Assembly: GCF_006345805.1 (NCBI RefSeq)
Contig: NC_043007.1
Location: forward strand, 45,198,001 to 45,262,000
Direction: 5' to 3'
Source: Octopus sinensis
Taxonomy: Eukaryota
Length of the DNA: 64,000 bases
Shown here: one piece after another, positions 54,705-64,000 of the stretch
How positions within the stretch are numbered: the first letter of the stretch is position 1
How the letters are laid out: the number at the start of each line of letters is the position of its first letter
The notes under the pieces: model-generated
What the model was told of the DNA's origin: nothing
Databases searched by the model: none
The model's input: only the letters and a program-made list of their open reading frames with translations
Translations under genes and position numbers: made by a program

Positions 54705-56905
54705 CTCTCTCTCTCTCTCCCGCTCCCTATATATATAGCTTGTACACACATGCACTTGAGTGTATGTGTCTGTGTATCACACTTATAAGGTATAGCAACT
54801 ATTAGAAATCACTCCTGAACAAGAATAATAGGATCATTTCCCAAAACTATAGAAAAACGTCTAACGGCCAACACAATCTATTTGTGTATTCATTGAAACG
54901 GGAATCTCACGTCGCAGATAGGAACCATTAGAATTTGCTTCCAATCCCATTTGTAGATTATTTAGTGAGAATTACATGACTTATTTAGAAAATGTCAAGC
55001 AGTATTAAGAATAGTATTAGGAAATTGTCTGTCCTTTAAGTAAAAGACAACGGTGGTACATATTCAAGATGAAACGTCACTAATTCCATGTTAAATTTGA
55101 CCTCACTGTTTTGATATTTTTACTCATCTACCCTTGAGTTATCTAGGAAATATAATAATACAGATGGTAATTATATCAATATTGTGTACCAAAGAGAGAC
55201 CGTGCATTTCAATTTGGTTTGTACAATCAGCCAATAGTTTGTAAGATCTCAGAAGTGACATCAGCAGAAATATTATAGTGTATTAGAAGAGAATACAGTT
55301 CTTTAATATCACAAAGAATTACAAACCAGTAAATCCCAAGAAAATATTAACTCCTAAATATACCCCTTCGCCTGTTTCATGCGTTTATTTCCCCCAAAAG
55401 ACTAATTATTGTTATAAAATGTCTTAAGTTTTATAAATAAACATTTCTCAATCAGCTGGAGACATATATTCAATAGAAACACTCTTAAACCCAACTAAAA
55501 TTATTATACATGCAAAGCCACCAAGACAATGGGAACAACCATTCGTTATCAGTATTTATCTATTCAGTTTAAATTTATTAATAGATAATTCCGATATCAC
55601 TACATCCATCATCAGCTATTTGATATTTTCGAATCTTTACTTCCTCAATTATTTCAACGCCTTAAAATAACTTTTTATACATAACTTTTAAAATCACCAC
55701 ACCTTTCTTTCCAATTTCAATTCACTAGCAGTAGATCTTAGGTCTTTCGCTACTTCTTTCCTTTTTATGCTGGCGATTTTACCGAATTTTTAGAACTGCC
55801 AATGCAATACAGCGGAACATACAGCCGAAAGACGGGCGAAACGCTGTTAAGCATTTTGCTTAATAAACTAACGATTCTACAAGCTAGCTGCCTTCAACAA
55901 AAATCTAATATTGACAGACTGATAAGAGCAGTAGACATTTTTATATATTAGAGGCAGTTTATACATATACAGGGTACGATGTCTCCAAGTATTAAAATTC
56001 AGTTCATATGTAACGGAAAATATATTAATAACTACCTTTTATGAAAATAAAAATGACACATTAAAACATACATAATAAAAATATAAATTGAAGTATGTCA
56101 GTGAGAGAAAGCTCAGAAATATAACAATGAACAGAATCTGTAAGACAGTTAAGAGAATCCCAAGGGGCCAACGATCAAGACGAAACCATATCGCAGAGAG
56201 ACAGGAAAAAAATCAAGAAAAAAAATTATAATTAAAAGGGCAACCGGCAAAATATAAGAGAACTGCATTAAATATTAACCCGGTGTGCATAAAATTCATT
56301 GTAGCTGAGAAAAGAAAGACTCAAAAGAAACAGATATATTGGAAAAAAAAGGGCGGGGAATGTGTTCCGAGACTTACGAAGAGTCGACAGTGACTGATTT
56401 TCAAAAGATGCCGTGGAAATATTCCGTTGACCAGCTCATAACAATGGCTACGCATCCTTTTAACGTTTTAGAAGAAGCTGTAGTATTGAGAAATGAAATT
56501 AATATTGAAAATAACATTTCCAAGATATAATTGTTTTACACACACACACAACACACACACACACACAAACAAACACACTCTTTGACACACAGTAAGACCG
56601 TTACAGAAGCGGATTAAGGGGGAAAGAAGTGTAGATATATTTTCTATGTGTTTGCCTGTCTAAACATGCAAACACATGCCCTCACAAAAACAGACAAGCA
56701 CACATATACACATACTTGAATATGCATATCTAGATGTAGGGGCTATGAAGGTTTATATTCTATATATCCTTCAATTCCTCTACTTTATAACGGATTAATA
56801 TCTATATTACACTTTTACTCTTTACTTGGTGTCAAATATCAAATACCTAAGCGACTGAAAAGTTATATTTGATACTTCTGTATATATATACTTCTATATA
56901 TATAT

Positions 56906-56950
<45 letters not shown>

Positions 56951-57856
56951 ATTTATTTTTATTTTTGAAGACTATATATTACTTGTGAATTTAGGTTCCG
57001 TTCGAAAATGTCTTTTATTATAAATTTCAATGGGAAATAAATTATATTATCGATTATCAATATTGTAATGCCAGCTTTTATATAACTTTACGAACAAAGC
57101 AATAGATTTTGATTTGTTTGGTTTCCGCCATTTTTATTCTTCTCCTTACTCTGCGGAGACTTACTCTGTTTTTATAGTCTCTATTCACATGAGACTTCAT
57201 ATGAGATATTAACCGAATTACTAATTCCTTACGATTACCTTATTGAATTTTTGACCAAAAGTTATTGAATTCTTTACTATAATTATTGTACAAAATTGAG
57301 AATTCGTAACACTTGGTGATCAAGGGTCATCAAATAAGTTTAGATTATTTCAGGCACATTACCTATATAAAGCTTAATGACAGCGAAATTAGAGGGCAAA
57401 GAGTAATAATTTTCAAAATCTTTCAGAAAAAGTGAATTGTGATTTTATAAAAGTTTGGATAGACATATGTGAATAGAAAACTTTGATTCATGCTTTTCAA
57501 TACAATTGGAAAAATAAAAATAAAAAAAACAACTAAAAGCTTCTGATTTCATACTGAAATTTGTTTGTAAAATATATGATTTGTGGTTAAAAAAGTTTAC
57601 TTCTCAATTACGTCTATTAGAATTCAATTTCACAGCGTGGTGCCTAGAGTAAGTGCAGCTCAAAATTGAGCATACCTTCGTAAAAAATGAATAGATAAAA
57701 TAGATAATGTGATCTTAAATAATATAGTATGTCTGTTGAATAAACGGAGTGGCCTTCATTGGAAAGTCTATACATTAATAATTAAATGATAAGCTTGGGT
57801 GGTTGTAGTTCTCGGTTGGGTGTAGATTAGACATTAGATAACTTTACATATCGTTA

Positions 57857-57925
<69 letters not shown>

Positions 57926-58324
57926 GAGAAGCATATATTTAGTTGTTGTTGATCTGATCCAAAATATTAATGACCGGTAGGATTCCAGTCTTGCTTCTCC
58001 TGTCTTTATTAAGTGGTTGATGTCATCTAGGACTAAGGTAGCTAATGTGATCTTATTTTTTTGTGCTGGTAAGATGTAGTTTATGACAGTAAGGTGTGAT
58101 TTGACTGCTATTTCTGGGGAGCTTGAGAGAAGGTAGTGATCCCATTATTGATTTGAGTAGATCAGCAGCGTTGGTGAGTTTTGTAAAGCAGATATCGTTG
58201 TAACAGAGAGAGAAGGAAGATTCAAAAATAAAAAAAAACAGCCTAAACACTAGAAAGTTGTTTTATTTCTATTAATTTAAATCCTGTTTACCAACAGGAA
58301 ATTTTCTTTAAAGAAATTTGAAAT

Positions 58325-58437
58325 ATAGTTCTATATTTAAGAGATGATGAATTACGTACATTATTTACAATTGACGGATATTTGTCATCGTGTTTGTTGT
58401 TAACACAAAGTTTCGGCGGATATACCCACCAGCCTTC

Positions 58438-58439
<2 letters not shown>
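58325..58439 (-). repeat. Truncated copy of the hammerhead-bearing short repeat at 63461-63610
   Basis: Minus strand atgaaggctggtgggtatatccgccgaaactttgtgttaacaacaaac...atatccgtcaattgtaaataatgta; the CTG of the core is lost at the (TAA)n junction. Confidence 0.8.
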
Positions 58440-58491
<52 letters not shown>

Positions 58492-59176
58492 GGCGGCTGG
58501 ACGTGACAGAGGATGGACGTATTTTTCCGATGATCTGAACTGGCAACAGCTAACCCAGCAGGACAACTGAAAAAAACAACTGTAGAAAACTGGAAGATCT
58601 ACTGTTTTCTGTGAGTAATTTGAATTTCCCTCAAAATAAGTTAAGGAACTTACATATCTACAGCTCATACAAACGTACACCTAACAAGAAAAATTAGAAA
58701 CATAAATATCTCCAATTTTGTGTGAACATTTAGTCGTCTCTCATGACTATAAGAATGTGTAAAATTGCCTTTTAAATTGCCTTTTATTGTAACAACACAA
58801 TTAAATGCACGATAAAAAATTATGGAAGTAAGCACCTGCTACGACGTGAACATCAGATAATATGTGTGTGTGAGTATACATATACATATACATATGTATG
58901 TGGAAAGGAAGAAAAGAGAAAGAAAAAAAAATGTAAACAGGTTTGACCTTTTACTGACCATTAATGTCCTTTGTCTCTACCATCTGCTGAATCTATTTAT
59001 AGACCAATAGAACATGACCTCTTTAACCAACTATTCCCCTACACAATGGCAGTAGTGGTGATGATGGTGGCTGTGACTACACATAAAACAATGTCATTGA
59101 TGATGATGATGGTGATGGTGACGTTGATGATGATGATGATGGTGACGGTGGTGATGGTGATAGTAATAACAATAAT

Positions 59177-62100
59177 AACTGACAGATCCCTTTTTGTTTC
59201 TTTTCTTTCTCTGTATTTTTTCTCATTATTTCGAACTAATACAGGCAGAGAGAGCCTTTTATAAGTTTAAAAGAGGAAGGGAAAAGAAGGAAGGAAAAAG
59301 GGGAAGAAGGAGATAGAGAGAAAGAGAGAGGAAAAAAGGAAGAGAAGGAGGAAAAAATGTTCGGAGATAAAACTATCAACAAAAAGAATACAGACGAATA
59401 CAGATCTGCTAGCCTTAAGAAGCTGCGCTACGAGCAATGCTTACGTGTATAGAACCCTAAACTGACAGATCCATCTCCTAATATAAGAATGGAAGCTCGT
59501 CATGCTTCAACGTCAACAATTCAAACTATAAACCGCATTGGTCGTCGCGCGGATTACAAAAGACCACGTACCCGAAAATTGAACCAAATTCTGATTGAAA
59601 AATCAGCGACTGGATCAAATCTTCCCAACACACAGGAGCTGGACGTACCCCACAACCGGAATATTCCAACAGATGGCCATCCATGCTCGTCACCAAATAA
59701 CCAAAAGAAAAAGAAGGAAAAATGGTCTAGCGAAGATAATAAAGAAGTTCTTGAGGCCTTCTACCATGCCATATATTTCCCCACAGATAAATCTAACACT
59801 GTACAAACATACTTAAACTGGAGACAGAAACACCCTGAAGTAAGACACTACATAGACAGTAACAAACTTGCCAACGTCAGAAAAAACATTATAAAAAAAA
59901 ATACTGACTGAAGTAGAGATTGATCAAGTTAGACAAGCAATATCGGATAAAATGAACGAAGCTGCAGCTAGAGAAGATAATACAGAGGAAATAATTATAG
60001 ACCAGCCCAGGGCTGATAAAAACGAAGTAAGGATTGAAAGAGTTGTATAAGTGATAGGCAAAGTGAAATACTCCCTGAACCAATCATAAACACTAAGACA
60101 GATGAACATCAAATAGATAAAGAAAGTCACACAAATATTGACCCAACAGAACTACATGAGCTAAAAAATCAAATCATGATTGAATGGCTGAAAATTAAAG
60201 AAACCAGCATGGATGAGCGTGATACACTCCCTAAAATCCGCAACTCTAACCAAAACATGAAAATAATTGGTAAAATCCGGCTTGCACTTAAGGATATAGT
60301 TTCAGCTAATGATGTTGATATCACTAATCTCAACCACCTATACTATGCATCCGCGAAAATCTCAACGATCCTATGTGGTGTAAAGATTAGAAAACGGCAA
60401 CATTCCCACAAAAAGCCTTCTTGGCAAGAGCGTTTGCAACAACAAATTAAACTATTTAGATCTGACATTGAATATTTGAAAAACCTTAAGTTTCACAAGA
60501 CTACCAAACCTACAAAAACCTAAAAATTGCCGAAAAAATACAATATGAAAACTATACTTGATATTGATGCCACTATAGAAACCAGCAAACAAAAGGTATC
60601 TGCCAAAGCTGCCCACATAGCGAGGTATGAAAAGCGTGTTAGATTGTTCAAGGACAACAACATGTTCAAAAATAACCCCAAGAATTTTTACAGGAAGATA
60701 GGAAAAACAGCGTTTACTGCAAGGTCTGTACCATCAAAAGAAGAAGTGCAGGGATTTTGGAATAAAGTTTGGGCAGAAGAAAAAACACACAACGAAAAGG
60801 CCCCCTGGATTTGACAGAATATCTACAGAACTGGACCCCTTAGAAGAGCAAAAGTGGGAGGGTGTCAAGGTAGAAGATATAAGATCTGCTCTTAGGAGGT
60901 CAAGCAAATGGAAGTCTCCAGGAAAGGATAAAATTCCTAGCTTCTGGTTGAATGCCTTCCCAGAGAGCCATGAACTGCTAACAGAACTGTACAATGATGT
61001 TTTGCAACACCCTAGTAGGATGCCTCCTTGGCTAGTTAATGGGTTAACATTCCTGCTTCCAAAAAGTGAAGAAACAAATGAACCAAAAACTGTAGACCCA
61101 TAATCTGCTTAACAACTATGTACAAAAAACGCTAACATCTGTCCTGACGGAATATACTTATAGTTTTTTAACAGACAGCAGCATATTCCCTAATGAACAG
61201 AAAGGATGTAAACGTGGATCCTACGGCTGTAAAGATCAACTACTCATCAATAAGATGATCTTAGAAGATTGTCACAAACGACACAAAAACTTATCAATAG
61301 CCTGGATAGACTATAAAAAGGCTTTTGATAGCCTACCACATAGCTGGATTAGGAAATGCCTGGAAATGTATAAAATAGCACCTACTCTGCGAAACTTTTT
61401 GACTGTAAGTATGAGATCATGGAGAACCACACTAACTCTGAACAGTGACAATGAATCCCTAAATGCTGGTGATGTAAATATTTCGTGTGGCATTTTCCAG
61501 GGTGACTCACTGTCACCACTCCTCTTTTGTTTATCCTTAATACCTCTCTCAAAACTGCTCAATGACGTGCAGTACGGGTATAAAATGTTTGATAAAAATA
61601 TAAATCATCTCATTTACATGGATGAGTTGAAGCTTTTTGCAAAAAATGACCAACAACACAAGGGTTTACTAGCGATAGTCAAACAATTCAGTGACAACAT
61701 CAGAATGCAATTCGGCCTCGATTAATGTGCAAAAGCTACCTTTATCAAAGGAAATATGACAGAAACATCTAACGTTAACCTTGACCAGCAGAATATCATA
61801 AAAGAACTAGACCCAGCGGAGAGCTACAAGTACCTAGGGGTAATTAAAGGGAACGGAATAAGGCATTCAGAGATGAAGGAAAGGATCAGGAGAGAATGTT
61901 ATCGAAGAGTGAGAGCAATACTCAAGACAGAGCTGAATGATGCAAGAAACAGGATCGAAGCGATCAATGCATTAGCCATACCAGTCGTGACTTACAGTTT
62001 CAATATCGTTAACTGGTCAATTACTGAAATATGTCAGCTTGACAGAAAAATTCGAAAATGTTGACAATGCATAGAATGCACCACCCTAAGGCAGATACAG

Positions 62101-63290
62101 AACGACTTTATCTGCCAAGAAAAGAGGGAGGCCGTGGTCTTTTGCAACTGGCAATAACAATGAAGATTGCTACAATTGGCCTAGACACCTTCCTGAAAAA
62201 CTTTGAGGACTGGATGTTAAAACTTGTCTCAAAACATGAAAACAAGAAAGCATCATTACTCAGTAACAAAACAGGCAAAGGAATATCTAAGGGAATTCCG
62301 AATACAACAAATTAAGATATTCTGAATAATGAATGGCTAGAAAAACCTCTCTATGGCAAATATCCAAAGAGAGCGAATAATGCAGATATTGACAAAGCCC
62401 TGACCCATAAATGGCTAATGGCCTCTGGCTTCAAATCTGAAACAGAAGGGTTTATCATAGCAGCTCAAGATCAATGCCTACCAACAAGAAACTACCAGGC
62501 CAACATATTAAAGAACGGCAGTAGCCCAACATGTTGTGTATGCCGACAACAAAATGAAACCATTGATCATGTTGTCTCCAAATGCAGTCTTCTAGCGCCT
62601 ACAGAGTACCTCATCAGGCATGATAGAGATGCCCAATATATTCAGTGGGTAATTTGCAAAAACCTGGATTTGTCCCATGAAAAAAACTGGTGGGAACACA
62701 ATCCACCTCCAGTGCTTGAAAATGACCACATCTCACTCCTCTGGAACTTCACCATTCAAACTGACAGAAAGATAGATGCAAATAGGCCAGACATCATATT
62801 GAAAGACTTCAGACAAAGAACATGCCTCCTTATTGATATGACTGTCCCAATCGATATAAACGTATCTGTCAAGACCTACCAAAAACTGAGCAAATATAAA
62901 GATCTTGAAATAGAAATAAAAAAAATGTGGAACCTGAAGACTAAAACAATACCTGTTGTCATAGGTGCCCTGGGAATGATAGCGAAAGGGGCTGATTGCT
63001 ACCTAACTCAGATACCAGGAAACCCCAAAATGGCAGAAATTCAAAAGATAGTGCTCATGGGAATTGCTCATATCCTACGCAAAATACTCTCTATGTAATC
63101 CCAAGGTTTAAAACAAACTTTTTTTAAAATTTATGTATTAGACATTCACTAGTACAACACAAAAAACCCCCAAAATATATGGCAGACTAGGCATAACAAC
63201 AACGTGAACTTCCAACCTGTTGTCTCTTGAGGTCTCTGGGTGAGACTTGGAGCCAACTTGTACAAATATAAAGCAAAAGTCAAACATAGA
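59177..63290 (+). mobile_element. Near full-length R4/Dong non-LTR retrotransposon (single ORF broken by stops and frameshifts)
   Basis: N-terminal KWSSEDNKEVLEAFY (Myb-like); RT motifs EQKGCKRG, WIDYKKAFDS, GIFQGDSLSPLLF and YMDE; CCHC knuckle CCVCRQQNETIDHVVSKC; RLE NRPDIILKD..LIDM..KYKDL; stop at 63098 and (TAA)n tail from 63290. Confidence 0.95.
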
Positions 63291-63369
63291 ATAATAATAA
63301 TAATATAATAATAATATTAATAATAATAATAATGATAATAATGATAATAGTAATAATAATAATAATAAC

Positions 63370-63427
<58 letters not shown>

Positions 63428-63509
63428 GCAACAACAATAACAACCACAACAGCAACAACAACATCGAAAATACCTTAGGAACGTGAACTCAGGTTCGAAA
63501 TTTCCCCAA

Positions 63510-63555
63510 GACACCTGATGAAGGCTGGTGGGTATATCAGCTGAAACGTTGAGTT
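63510..63555 (+). ncRNA. Minimal hammerhead motif in a PLE pLTR-like short repeat (63461-63610)
   Basis: GACAC-CTGATGA-A-GGCTGG-TGGGTATA-TCAGCT-GAAAC-GTT-GAGTT; the sister copy at 58.4 kb has GTGTT, which restores stem I. Confidence 0.72.
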
Positions 63556-64000
63556 AACAACAAACAATATGAGGACAAATATCCGTCAATTGTAAATAAT
63601 GTAAATAATTGGTTAATTAATTTTTTCTTTCAGTGAAACAGGTACACTTATAATATCGGAAGAACGAGACCTTTAGGTTAGAAACAAAAACTTGGAGAGT
63701 ATTTTACTAAAAATAGGATTATTTAATTACAAGTAATCCACCAGAAACCTTTTCTTTAATAGGCTCTGATATAGAAGTGAACATATTCTATCTTATACCA
63801 AAAGTAGCGAATGGGGGAATTTAGCGCAGAATATATTTTGGTCAAGTGTTAGTTGCTGTTTAGAAGTGAAGCATTTTTGTCCCCCAAAAGAATAGGTTTA
63901 TTACGTAGCTTTTAGATATATGAAGTATGTTCGGAATTTTATCTCAATGAACTTCAAGCTAAATACTAAAGCACGTAGTTAAGAACTTAACCTCACAGAG

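Overview
AT-rich, microsatellite-dense eukaryotic non-coding DNA. The repeat content strongly resembles an Octopus (cephalopod) genome; this is an inference from the SINE, LINE and microsatellite style. No host protein-coding gene can be supported, and most listed ORFs are microsatellite artefacts. The window is a transposon graveyard. It holds a near full-length but broken R4/Dong non-LTR retrotransposon (about 59.2-63.3 kb) and five more R4 fragments, several embedded in (TAA)n. It also holds a GC-rich Neptune-type Penelope-like element (PLE; RT plus GIY-YIG, minus strand, about 31.4-34.35 kb), a Naiad-type PLE relic, a mariner pseudogene, a mariner MITE, a Gypsy gag-protease relic and many tRNA-derived SINEs. 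The main hidden signal is a set of at least five sequence-unrelated type I hammerhead ribozyme motifs, two with intact catalytic cores and well-paired stems (93-197 and 53348-53390). Most sit in non-coding elements lodged in microsatellites. Also notable: a TTAA-flanked, Kolobok-like TIR pair that encloses the Neptune element, an unclassified ~520-bp (TAA)n-associated repeat, several long hairpins and a head-to-tail SINE array. All coordinates were read by eye, and element boundaries are approximate.
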